Shown here: positions 27,657 to 36,072 of the stretch, piece after piece
Position numbering within the stretch: the first letter of the stretch is position 1
How the letters are laid out: every line of letters begins with the position of its first letter
Source of the DNA: Microbacteriaceae bacterium
GTDB lineage: Bacteria > Actinomycetota > Actinomycetes > Actinomycetales > Microbacteriaceae
Reading direction: 5' to 3'
DNA length: 49,175 nt
NCBI GenBank assembly: GCA_035556395.1
Contig: DATMFB010000014.1
Location: 1 to 49,175, forward strand
Notes under the pieces: model-generated
What the model was told of the DNA's origin: nothing
The model's database searches: none
Seen by the model: only the letters and a program-made list of their open reading frames with translations
Position numbers and translations under genes: made by a program

Positions 27657-29437
27657 CCAGCGATTATCAGCGGTTCACATCGGCGGTCCTCGAAGCGAGT
27701 GCGTCATACGCTCGCGACGGAGATCCGGCACACCTTCGCGAGATCGCGGCCCAGCTCGCCACACTTCCGAGCGGCGACGATGTTCCCGCCGCCGAGCTTC
27801 GCTGGTCCATCGTCGGCTGGACCGCGCGTGGTGGTCTCGTCACGGCGTCGGCATTGAGTCGGGCGAACCCGGACTGGACGATCCGACTGCGACGCGCACC
27901 TCGCCCCGACGTGTCCTCGAGTAGATGGCGCCGTGTTGGATTCCGTTTGAGTGCGACCGGGAGTGCGGCCGCAGCGCCATTCCGCTTCGTGTTGGCCCGC
28001 GGGGCGCTCGCAACGCCGTCGAACGCCGACGTGCGAACCCAGATGCATCAGCTCGGTTGGCCCATAAACGGCGAGGGCACCCCGACCGTCTACATCGACG
28101 ACGTCACACGTTCGCCGGTTGTGGACGATCGACCAGGTCGCTGGATCGACGGGCTGGTCAACCGATGGCCCGCCGCGCTCTGGCGGTTCGCGGACGCCCC
28201 GGAGGGTGTTGCCTGGCGCGAACGTTTGGCGCGAGGCATCGACGATGGCTCGTCGACGCACTGGTCGGATCGCTTCCGACTCACGCTCGGCACTCGGTCG
28301 CTCGAGCCACGATCCGATCTGCGCGCCCTCAGGGTCACGCGCCCGATCCCTCACGACCCGTCACCGGTCGACGGGCTCGAGATACCGCTGCTCCAGCGCG
28401 ACGGCGATGTCGTAGAACCAGTCGGCTCGGGACGCATGGCCCCAGCGCCCGGACGCGACTGGCTCGCGATCGATCACGCTTGGATACAGGGCGGCGGGAC
28501 CGTCTGGTCCGACTCCGAGCTCATCTGCTACGAGCTCGCTGCCGATCCGGCGAACGATTCAGTCGCAGGGCAATGGGAGTATCTCTTCGGTTCGATGGCA
28601 AATCGATCGCTCTCGCTGCTGCAGAAGTCCGCCGAATCTCCAGCGTCGATCCCGGAGGCCATCCTCATCGGGGGCCGGGCCGACGAGAACTGGTACCACT
28701 GGCTCGTCGACTACCTGGCTCGGGTCCTCGAGATCCCAGATGGGATCGCGGCCGACGTGCCGGTCCTCGTGAGCAGCCGAGTGCCGAGATCAGGCCTGCA
28801 AGCCCTTCGTGAGCTCACCGAGCGTCCGATCCTGATGCGCAATCCATCGCTTACGACCCGAGTCGACCGCCTCCACGTCGCGGCGCCGGTGGTGCAGTTG
28901 CTCGACGATCCCCGCGTGCCCTGGGCTGACGGCTTCGCACTGCGAGCTCCCGCACTGCGCCGTCTCCGCGAGCGTTGGGGCGTGGCTGGTTCTGCATCTC
29001 CCGATGGGCGCCGGGTGTTCCTGTCGCGCCAGAGCGGCATACGTCGGGGAGTCCTGAACGAACCGGAACTCGTCGACGTCGCGCGATCCGCGGGACTCGA
29101 GATCCTGGACCCAGCGCGACTCGGCTTCGCGGAGCAGCGGGCGATGTTTCAGGAGGCAGCGCTCGTCGTCGGCGGCTCTGGCGCCGTGATGGCGAACTAC
29201 CTCTTCCTGCGCCCCGGCGCAGAAGTCATCGCGCTAACGTCCCGCCAGCTATGGGACTTCGTCATGCCTGCCGCGCTCGCCGAGGTCGCAGGAGCTCGCT
29301 TCAGATACCTCACCGGCCCCTCCTCGAGCACTCTCTCCGAGGCAAGGAACCGCAGCGAGTGGATCCACGCCCCGTTCTCGGTCGAGCCCGAGTTGCTCGA
29401 GCGGACGCTCGCCGAGCTACCTTCGCTCCGCGCATAG
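27653..29437 (+). CDS. GT61/DUF563-like glycosyltransferase with about 290-aa N-terminal extension of unknown function
   Basis: GTG 27653 overlaps the upstream TGA (GTGA). The C-terminal half has the DUF563 hallmark ENWYHWLVDYLARVL and RVFLSRQSGIRRGVLNEPELV...GGSGAVMANYLFLRPG. The 5' part of ORF 27425.. overlaps the acetyltransferase and is rejected. Confidence 0.65.
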   Translation: MTSDYQRFTSAVLEASASYARDGDPAHLREIAAQLATLPSGDDVPAAELRWSIVGWTARGGLVTASALSRANPDWTIRLRRAPRPDVSSSRWRRVGFRLSATGSAAAAPFRFVLARGALATPSNADVRTQMHQLGWPINGEGTPTVYIDDVTRSPVVDDRPGRWIDGLVNRWPAALWRFADAPEGVAWRERLARGIDDGSSTHWSDRFRLTLGTRSLEPRSDLRALRVTRPIPHDPSPVDGLEIPLLQRDGDVVEPVGSGRMAPAPGRDWLAIDHAWIQGGGTVWSDSELICYELAADPANDSVAGQWEYLFGSMANRSLSLLQKSAESPASIPEAILIGGRADENWYHWLVDYLARVLEIPDGIAADVPVLVSSRVPRSGLQALRELTERPILMRNPSLTTRVDRLHVAAPVVQLLDDPRVPWADGFALRAPALRRLRERWGVAGSASPDGRRVFLSRQSGIRRGVLNEPELVDVARSAGLEILDPARLGFAEQRAMFQEAALVVGGSGAVMANYLFLRPGAEVIALTSRQLWDFVMPAALAEVAGARFRYLTGPSSSTLSEARNRSEWIHAPFSVEPELLERTLAELPSLRA

Positions 29438-29446
29438 GCTGGCAGC

Positions 29447-30559
29447 ATGCGGCTTCGTCGACTGCCGTCGCGGCATGTTTGCCTTGCCAGCCGCGACATC
29501 GCCACGGTCGAGCACCTCGGTGCCATCGCGGACCAGGCCAGAGCGGCCGAGTTCGACGTGTGTTGGCTCGACCTCGGGGATCAGGCGGACGTGCGTTCAG
29601 CGATCAGGCAGTGGGCCGAACCGACAGCCGAGCCGCTCCGCACCCCGAATCGTTCCGCGCTGCAGCGCCACCTCAGGGCAACGCGGTCAGAGGCCATCTG
29701 GCTCCAGACGCCGTATCCCGAGCACTATCCCGAGTGGTTCTGGGAGACCGCCGGTGGGCGGCTCGCCTATGCCGGATACGGCTTGACACTTTCGACGTGG
29801 AACGAGGGCCTCTACGGGCTAGAGACTTATCGAAAGGCTCGCTGGCTCATCACCGAGTCGGAGTCCGATCGATCGGGCTACCTGCAATTCGGCGTGCAAC
29901 CGGATCGCGTCAGAGCATTCGGGAATCCGCTGCTCCACGTGTTGCGCTCACGCGACGGCAACGTTCGCGCACGGGAGCACGACCTGCTGTGGGCGCCGCA
30001 TTGGACTGAGGAGTGGTTCGGCGGATCGGGCTTCTCCACCTGGCGCGAGACGGCGCCGGCCATTCGGGAGTTCGCAGGTGCCAACCCCGGCATCCGGGTC
30101 CGCGTCCGGCCACACCCACTCCTTCCTGCGGCGATCGATCGAGCCGAGCGAGGGGATGTCGGCACGCAGTCCTACCTCAGCCTCCTCGATTTGCCGAATG
30201 TCTCAGTGTCGGCCGGACGGCTGCTCGATGACATCGAGTCGAGTCGTGCACTCGTGACCGACGGCGTCTCGATCATCGCCTATTGGGCATCGACCGGGCG
30301 GCCGCTTGGAATCACCCGCAGCGACTTGAGCCCACGGTTCAATGACGCCGGCGAGCGGTTGGTCGCGGCCGCGGATCAACTCTCGACGCCCGAGCAGCTT
30401 CACGACTGGCTCGACGGTCTCCGGGACGCTGCGGACTCTGAAGAGCGGCGAGCCCTATCCCAGCAACTCCACCCGACCTTCGACGAGAGCCCGATCGAGT
30501 TGTGGGCCGACTACTCTGCGACAGCAGCCAAGGGGCCACGGCAAAGGAACGCGACGTGA
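29447..30559 (+). CDS. TagB/TagF-family (CDP-alcohol) phosphotransferase-like protein
   Basis: 370 aa. HDLLWAPHWTEEW (compare the ILYAPTWR motif), RVRPHPLL, and SRALVTDGVSIIAYWASTGRPLGI (compare DxLITDYSS...kPii). Confidence 0.6.
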   Translation: MRLRRLPSRHVCLASRDIATVEHLGAIADQARAAEFDVCWLDLGDQADVRSAIRQWAEPTAEPLRTPNRSALQRHLRATRSEAIWLQTPYPEHYPEWFWETAGGRLAYAGYGLTLSTWNEGLYGLETYRKARWLITESESDRSGYLQFGVQPDRVRAFGNPLLHVLRSRDGNVRAREHDLLWAPHWTEEWFGGSGFSTWRETAPAIREFAGANPGIRVRVRPHPLLPAAIDRAERGDVGTQSYLSLLDLPNVSVSAGRLLDDIESSRALVTDGVSIIAYWASTGRPLGITRSDLSPRFNDAGERLVAAADQLSTPEQLHDWLDGLRDAADSEERRALSQQLHPTFDESPIELWADYSATAAKGPRQRNAT

Positions 30560-31146
30560 GTCGAGTTCGAATGGAGCTTGAGCTCCTCGGGATACGGACG
30601 CACCTCGACTGAGGAGAATCGCGCTCCCAGCCGAGCGCGCTCCTCGGCGATCGCCGGATAGCGACCGACATAGCGAGTGCCGAGCGCCTCGGACTGCGTA
30701 TCGACCTCGAACCCGGCGCTGTCGGAGCACTGGTGCTTGACCAACGCGAAGCCGCCCGGGGCAAGCAGGTCTCGGATCGTGTCGTAGACCATCTCCTCCT
30801 CCTCGACCGTCAGGTGCGTGACGACACCGAACAGGAGGATGATGTCGAACTCGCCCTCGGGTCGATAGGAGACCACGTCGGCCGGGACGAACTCGAATCG
30901 ATCGTCCCCCTCGAATCCGGCAGCCATCCCAGGCTCGGCGTCAACCGCGACGAGGCTCCCGTCGGCCGGAGTGATCCCCTTTGACAACTCGCCGAAACCG
31001 CTGCCGAGGTCCAGGATTCGCGACCCCGGGGGGACGAGCGGCGGGAGGTATGCCAGCTCGTAGGCAAGCATCGAGTCGCCGGTCCAGCGGGTCGTCCCGT
31101 CCTTGACCTTGTTTCGCCAGAAGTCGCGGATCGTCAGCTTGTCCAT
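30511..31146 (-). CDS. Class I SAM-dependent methyltransferase
   Basis: 211 aa. SAM motif I SRILDLGSGFGELS, post-I LVAVD, and FDIILLFGVVTHL. The 3' end overlaps the convergent gene by 49 nt. Confidence 0.75.
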   Translation of the reverse strand: MDKLTIRDFWRNKVKDGTTRWTGDSMLAYELAYLPPLVPPGSRILDLGSGFGELSKGITPADGSLVAVDAEPGMAAGFEGDDRFEFVPADVVSYRPEGEFDIILLFGVVTHLTVEEEEMVYDTIRDLLAPGGFALVKHQCSDSAGFEVDTQSEALGTRYVGRYPAIAEERARLGARFSSVEVRPYPEELKLHSNSTHVAFLCRGPLAAVAE

Positions 31147-31796
31147 GCAGTCCTCGATTCATCAGTGCGCGCCGCGAGCCAGGTGCTGGCCCGCTCCAAG
31201 TCTTGGGGATGATCCACCTCGACCGTGTCGCACTCCGCGACGCGGATCGGCAGGTGACCCTGAACGCTCTCGAAGACGTGCCCGGGGCCGAACGCCCGGA
31301 CCTCCTCCGCCGGCATTCGAAGCAGTCCATTCCACTCGACCGGACTGTCGACGTCGAACCCCATCGACGTCGCGAGTCCGTCCTCGACCGTGACCCCGAC
31401 CGCGTTCGTCGTCGTCCGCGGCGAGACGCCGACCAGCGGCTCGCCTCCCTCCAGCCATTGGGTCAGGTCCTCGGGGGCGACGAGCAGATCCCCGTCGAGC
31501 GAGAGGACCCAGTCCTGCGCGAGCCGCGCACCCAGTCGCAGCGATGCGGCGGTGCCGGTGCTGCGGAACTCGTGGTTGAGCACGATCGGAACGTCCGGAC
31601 GCTCCGATCGAAGGTGAGCCGCGACATCACGCGCTCGGAATCCGGCCACCACCACGACCTCATGATCGCCGAGGAGATCGAGCTGCCAGCTGATCAGCGG
31701 GCGTCCGAGGATCGGCACGAGGCATTTGGGAAGTCCGTAGTCGAGCCGCGAGCCGATGCCCGCGGCATTGATCACAACCGTGACAGCACTCGGCAC
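31134..31796 (-). CDS. Nucleotidyltransferase, LicC/MobA-like NTP-transferase fold (putative cytidylyltransferase for a phospho-alcohol)
   Basis: 220 aa. VVINAAGIGSRLDYGLPKCLVPILGRPLISWQL is the G-x-G-S-R-L...PK signature. Confidence 0.72.
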   Translation of the reverse strand: MPSAVTVVINAAGIGSRLDYGLPKCLVPILGRPLISWQLDLLGDHEVVVVAGFRARDVAAHLRSERPDVPIVLNHEFRSTGTAASLRLGARLAQDWVLSLDGDLLVAPEDLTQWLEGGEPLVGVSPRTTTNAVGVTVEDGLATSMGFDVDSPVEWNGLLRMPAEEVRAFGPGHVFESVQGHLPIRVAECDTVEVDHPQDLERASTWLAARTDESRTAWTS

Positions 31797-32374
31797 AGCG
31801 CCTCCTCATCGTTGACGATGCAGTCGGCCGACTCGACCAGCACCTCGGGCGCGGCATGGACCAACTGGCTCGCGATGCCGAAGTCCGCCGCTCGCACGAT
31901 CTCGGCGTCGTTCGCGCCGTCTCCGGTCATGACCCTCATGCGTCCGGTGAACTGGGACAGGACCGATGCCTTCTCCAGGATCCCTCCGGTCGGCAGCGTG
32001 AGCGCGCCATCGACGATGGCACTCGTCGATGCGAACCCGCGCAGCCCCCAGTGATCGAGCCAGGGCTGGACCCATCGGTCCACGTTGCCGGTGACGATCC
32101 ACACCTGATCACGGCGCTCCTGGATCCAGGCCATGAGCTGTTGGTGCACGGGCACCGCGAGAATGATCTCTGCGACGACTTCGACCGGCACCCTCGACAG
32201 CATCGAGACGCGACGGCGGAACGACTCCTGGAATGGGATCTCACCCGCCATCGTTCTGCGCGTCAGCTCGTCGATGTCCGGCAGGTCCGCGGCCCGAGCG
32301 ATCTTCGGAAGCAGCTCCTCGGTCGTCACCGTACCGTCGAGATCGAAGAGGTACGCGGTCTCGGATGGGGCCAC
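31772..32374 (-). CDS. HAD-superfamily subfamily IB hydrolase/phosphotransferase (phosphoserine-phosphatase-like)
   Basis: 200 aa. Motif I FDLDGTVT, motif II IVTGN, and motif III/IV MTGDGANDAEIV. Confidence 0.8.
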   Translation of the reverse strand: MAPSETAYLFDLDGTVTTEELLPKIARAADLPDIDELTRRTMAGEIPFQESFRRRVSMLSRVPVEVVAEIILAVPVHQQLMAWIQERRDQVWIVTGNVDRWVQPWLDHWGLRGFASTSAIVDGALTLPTGGILEKASVLSQFTGRMRVMTGDGANDAEIVRAADFGIASQLVHAAPEVLVESADCIVNDEEALCRVLSRL

Positions 32375-32409
32375 CCGCCCATGTTAGATGCTCGTTCGCC
32401 TGCCCTCGG

Positions 32410-35400
32410 TCAGGGCTGGACCCAGGCTCCCTGACCGTCGGAGACGATGGTGCCCCGCTCGAAGGCCTGCGTGCACACGCCGGACGCACAGGTCTCGTCC
32501 GCGATCGGATACCCCAGTGTGCTCCCGGCGAGGCCGCCCAGACTGCCGAAGTGCGTGCGGATCGGACCGTTCGAGATGGTGTGCGCGCCGTGCTGCCTGG
32601 TCCAATACATGATCGTCGCCGTCCCGGCGAAGTACTGCCAGGTGCCCGAGGTCCCGGTCGTCGCCGTCGCCGCCACCGGGTCGTTCGATGGGAGGCCCAG
32701 AGCACCGCCTGTGCCCCCGCGTGCGAGGTACGCATCGAGCATCGGACCTCCGACGGCGTAACTGGTGCTGCCGTTCGCGAATGTCCGGATCTCGCCGCCC
32801 TGGAAGGCCTGGGTGCAGTTTCCGGACCCGTCGCACGCGGCATTCCCGATCGGCCAGCCGAGGGAGCCGGAGGAACCGCCCAGCGCACCGTAGGCACTTC
32901 TGATCGAGCCCGTCTTCACGATCACCGAGCCGGTCGGCGCCGCACTGTAGACGATCCCGCGCTCGAAGTCGCGGTATACCCCGGAGACGCCATTCGCGGT
33001 CCAGGAGATATCCGGGCCGATTGGCCAGCCCAGTTCGCCACCCGTCCCTCCGGCGTTCGTGAACGTCGTGAGGACCGAGCCGGTCATCGCGAACGCAGAC
33101 CCGGAGACCTCATGAATGAGACCGCCCTGGAACGCCTGCTCGCACCGACTGCTCGGGTCGCACACCGCATCGGCCGTCGGCCAGCCGAGCGGCCCGAGGG
33201 TCCCGCCCGCTGCCGAGAACGCGGTGCGGATGCGCCCCGCGAGGATCGTCGTGCCGAGGGCGGACGAGTCGTAGACGATCCCATGATCGAAGTAGGTGTA
33301 CGTGCCGGACACGCCTCCCGCGGTCCAGGCCACAGCGGAGGACCAGGGCCAGCCGAGCGGTCCTCCTGTCCCGCCCTGGGCGAGGAACTTCGTGAGCACC
33401 GCTCCCGTGATGACATATGCGCTCGACGCCACCTGGTAGATCCGGCCGCCCTGGAACACCTGCTCGCATCGACCATCGCTGTCGCACGACGCATCGGACG
33501 TCGGCCAGCCCAGCACACCCGAGGAGCCGCCGGCCGCACCGTAGGCACTGCGGATCGCAGCGCTGAGAATCCCCACCGTCCCGGTCGTCCCGCTGTTGTA
33601 GACGATGCCCTTCTGGAAGTTGACGTAGGTCCCGGTGACGCCATTCGCGGTCCACGCGATCGGTGCCGATGCGGGCCAGCCGAGCGCTCCGCTCGGACCG
33701 CCCTTGGACGTCAGGTAGTCCGCGTACACGAGCGGAAGGACACGGGTTCCCGCGGCGGACAGGTAGATCGCACCGCCCTGGAAGTCCTGCCACGACCCGC
33801 CGGCCGCGGAGCGCGTGTCAGAGACCGGCCAGCCGAGCGATCCCGTCGAGCCGCCGGCCGCACCATAGGCGTTGCGCAGCGTGCCAGAGACGGAGGCGAC
33901 CGGTGTCGCAGCGCTGTCGTAGAGGGTCGCGAACTGGAAGTACTGATAGATGCCGCTCGTGGAGTTCGCGCTCCAGGCGGTCGGCGCTCCGGTCGGCCAG
34001 CCGAGCGAACCGCCAGGCCCGCCCGCGTCGATGTAGTAGGTGAGCGCGTCACCCATGACCGCGAATGCCGGGGAACCGTTCCGCGCATAGATCGCGCCGC
34101 CTTCGAAGCGCTGCCACAATCCGGCGCCGTTCGCCGAGAGGGGGAGCACCGTCGACTTCGGGATGCCGAGCGCACCGGAGGACCCGCCCATCGTGTTGTA
34201 GAGATCGGCGATCACCCCCGCGACGCCGTGCGGGACGAGCACGGTCCCGCCCGAGGCGAGAACCGTGACGATGCCCCCCTCGAATGCCTGGGAGCAATCG
34301 CCGCCCGCCGGGCACCGGCTCGCCTCGACCGGCCACCCGAGCGAACCCGTCTGGGCGCCCTGTGTGAGGTAGTAGTCGTAAATCGGACCATGGACACCGA
34401 ATGCGCCGCCACGCGGCGAGGAATACACCGCGCCTCCCTGGAACTCCTGGACGCATTCCCTGCCTCCGGCGCAGTCGGCCTCGCCGACCGGCCAGCCGAG
34501 CGGTCCCGAGGTGCCTCCGGCCGCACCGAATGCGACTCGAACGGGACCGGTAGCGATCGATACCGTGCTGGTCGATGCGCTCGAGTACACGATGCCGTAC
34601 TCGAAGTTCTGGTACAGACCTGTGACTCCGCCGGCCGTCCAAGGGACCTCGTTGCCGGTCGGCCAGCCCAGCCACCCGGTCGGACCGCCCTGCGCGAGGT
34701 AGTAGTCCTCGACCGCGCCCCAGACGGCGAACCTCGCACCCGAACTCCGTGCGAGCAGCGTGCCGTGCTGGAACGCCTGCATCGACCCGGCGCTGCCCAC
34801 GCGCACCTCGTCGCCAATCGGCCAGCCGGGACGTCCTGCGGTCGCGCCGAACTCGATGAATGCCGGCCTGATGGTGCTCGGCTGGATGACCCGTGCACCC
34901 CAGTCCGCGGTCCAGTACATGGTCGCCCCCTGGAAGTACTGGTACTTCCCGCTGACGCCGTTGGCCGTGAAGTCGGTCGTCGCGCCATACGGCCAGCCGA
35001 GCCAGCTGGTCGGGCCGCCGATCGCGTTGTACTTGGTGAGGACTGCTCCGCTCAGCGCCGCGAGGCCGTTGGTCCTCGTCCAGTAGAGCGTCCCGTTCTG
35101 GTAGGTCTGCCGATATCCGACCTGTCCGAGTCCTTGAAGGAGCTCGGCCGAACCGACCGCAGAGCCGAGCCATCCCGAGTTCCCGCCGTTCGCCGCGTGG
35201 TACTCGGCGAAGTAGTCGGGACCCGTCTTCTCGGTCGGGCTGCCGAACCAGTCGTACCAGAGGACGAAGAAGTTCCGATTGCCGTACGCGGAACAGGAGT
35301 CGCCGATGCCGTAGGGATTCGCGAGTGCCGCGGCGTTCGGCTGATACGGGGTGTAGTTGTAGAGGCCGGCCGTCGCATAGTTGCGGATGTAGACCGGGGT

Positions 35401-36072
35401 CGAGCCGCAGGCGGCATTCGGACTCCAGCGGATCTGGTTCGTCTGGAACGCCTTGTAGTTCGGTCCACCGCCGTTCGCCCGGTAGGCGCGGAATGCATAG
35501 GCCGCACCGTAGACCTGACTGAAGAAGCCGACGTAGCCGTCATCGCACGGCGCGGTGTCCGGACATCCGTAGCCGGTCGCAGCGCGGTACTGCGACTGGT
35601 AGGGCCACGTGTCAGTGACGAGCGACTGCTCCTTCTGCAAGAGCACGAGGAGGGTCTTCGGGCTGATCCCGCAGACTTGCGCCACCCGCGCGATGATGTC
35701 GCTGGCGCGTTCATTCGCAGATCCGCTGTAGGCCTGGCACCGAATGTTCGCGGCGACGTTCGGAGTCGCCGAGGTGTAGTCCTTCAGACATGGCATCTGC
35801 GCGCGCGCATAGTCGCAGACTGGGACCTTGCCATTGAGAAACGTCTGAATCTGGGCCGCCGACATCGCGTATCCGTCATAGAACTGCTCGTCGGAGATGA
35901 TGTAGCCGGGATCCCAGATGCTCTGCAGAACCGACGACGTGATCGAAGGGCTCGGCGCTGAAATGGATACGGCCGACACCGGGGAGGCGCTCGAAAGCGG
36001 AGCCAATGCGACGCCGGCGACCGCGACGACCGCGACGAACAACGCTCGGACTATGCGCGACAAATGAGACAC
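32410..36072 (-). CDS. Secreted cell-wall-associated protein: signal peptide, Cys-rich N-terminal domain of unknown function, and about 17 LGFP repeats
   Basis: 1220 aa from GTG comp. 36072 (GGGAGG 8 nt upstream). Signal peptide VSHLSRIVRALFVAVVAVAGVALAPLSSASP. Repeated G-x-LGWP...(Q/N)xF(Q/E)xG modules run to the C-terminus. Confidence 0.9.
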   Translation of the reverse strand: MSHLSRIVRALFVAVVAVAGVALAPLSSASPVSAVSISAPSPSITSSVLQSIWDPGYIISDEQFYDGYAMSAAQIQTFLNGKVPVCDYARAQMPCLKDYTSATPNVAANIRCQAYSGSANERASDIIARVAQVCGISPKTLLVLLQKEQSLVTDTWPYQSQYRAATGYGCPDTAPCDDGYVGFFSQVYGAAYAFRAYRANGGGPNYKAFQTNQIRWSPNAACGSTPVYIRNYATAGLYNYTPYQPNAAALANPYGIGDSCSAYGNRNFFVLWYDWFGSPTEKTGPDYFAEYHAANGGNSGWLGSAVGSAELLQGLGQVGYRQTYQNGTLYWTRTNGLAALSGAVLTKYNAIGGPTSWLGWPYGATTDFTANGVSGKYQYFQGATMYWTADWGARVIQPSTIRPAFIEFGATAGRPGWPIGDEVRVGSAGSMQAFQHGTLLARSSGARFAVWGAVEDYYLAQGGPTGWLGWPTGNEVPWTAGGVTGLYQNFEYGIVYSSASTSTVSIATGPVRVAFGAAGGTSGPLGWPVGEADCAGGRECVQEFQGGAVYSSPRGGAFGVHGPIYDYYLTQGAQTGSLGWPVEASRCPAGGDCSQAFEGGIVTVLASGGTVLVPHGVAGVIADLYNTMGGSSGALGIPKSTVLPLSANGAGLWQRFEGGAIYARNGSPAFAVMGDALTYYIDAGGPGGSLGWPTGAPTAWSANSTSGIYQYFQFATLYDSAATPVASVSGTLRNAYGAAGGSTGSLGWPVSDTRSAAGGSWQDFQGGAIYLSAAGTRVLPLVYADYLTSKGGPSGALGWPASAPIAWTANGVTGTYVNFQKGIVYNSGTTGTVGILSAAIRSAYGAAGGSSGVLGWPTSDASCDSDGRCEQVFQGGRIYQVASSAYVITGAVLTKFLAQGGTGGPLGWPWSSAVAWTAGGVSGTYTYFDHGIVYDSSALGTTILAGRIRTAFSAAGGTLGPLGWPTADAVCDPSSRCEQAFQGGLIHEVSGSAFAMTGSVLTTFTNAGGTGGELGWPIGPDISWTANGVSGVYRDFERGIVYSAAPTGSVIVKTGSIRSAYGALGGSSGSLGWPIGNAACDGSGNCTQAFQGGEIRTFANGSTSYAVGGPMLDAYLARGGTGGALGLPSNDPVAATATTGTSGTWQYFAGTATIMYWTRQHGAHTISNGPIRTHFGSLGGLAGSTLGYPIADETCASGVCTQAFERGTIVSDGQGAWVQP
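32413..35214 (-). repeat. Protein-level tandem array of about 17 LGFP-type repeats (about 55 aa each) inside CDS 32410..36072
   Basis: I counted 17 occurrences of (L/P)G(W/I/L/Y/S)(P/A) cores: WLGSA, WLGWP, RPGWP, WLGWP, PLGWP, SLGWP, ALGIP, SLGWP, SLGWP, ALGWP, VLGWP, PLGWP, PLGWP, ELGWP, SLGWP, ALGLP, TLGYP. The DNA copies are diverged and are not a nucleotide-identical repeat. Confidence 0.85.

Noticed and set aside
30511-31146. Calling the class I methyltransferase a phosphoethanolamine N-methyltransferase, and the module a phosphocholine pathway, as a feature annotation
   Set aside because: The resemblance to PEAMT-type domains is a loose by-eye collinearity of generic class I motifs. 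No choline/ethanolamine kinase or LicD-type transferase is present. I kept it only as a low-probability hypothesis inside a finding.
32413-35214. Repetitive region considered as a possible CRISPR array or nucleotide-level tandem repeat
   Set aside because: The periodicity of about 165 nt is protein-level (LGFP repeats). The DNA copies are diverged, in frame within one CDS, and lack the short identical direct repeats with unique spacers of a CRISPR array.
32233-35961. 1242-aa ORF on the plus strand, the longest ORF in the track after the LGFP gene
   Set aside because: It is entirely antisense to the LGFP-repeat CDS. The translation is Arg/Gly/Ala/Asp/Pro-rich with no motifs, signal or repeats of its own. 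Long stop-free antisense frames are expected at this G+C content. The minus-strand frame has a signal peptide, an RBS and 17 recognisable repeats.
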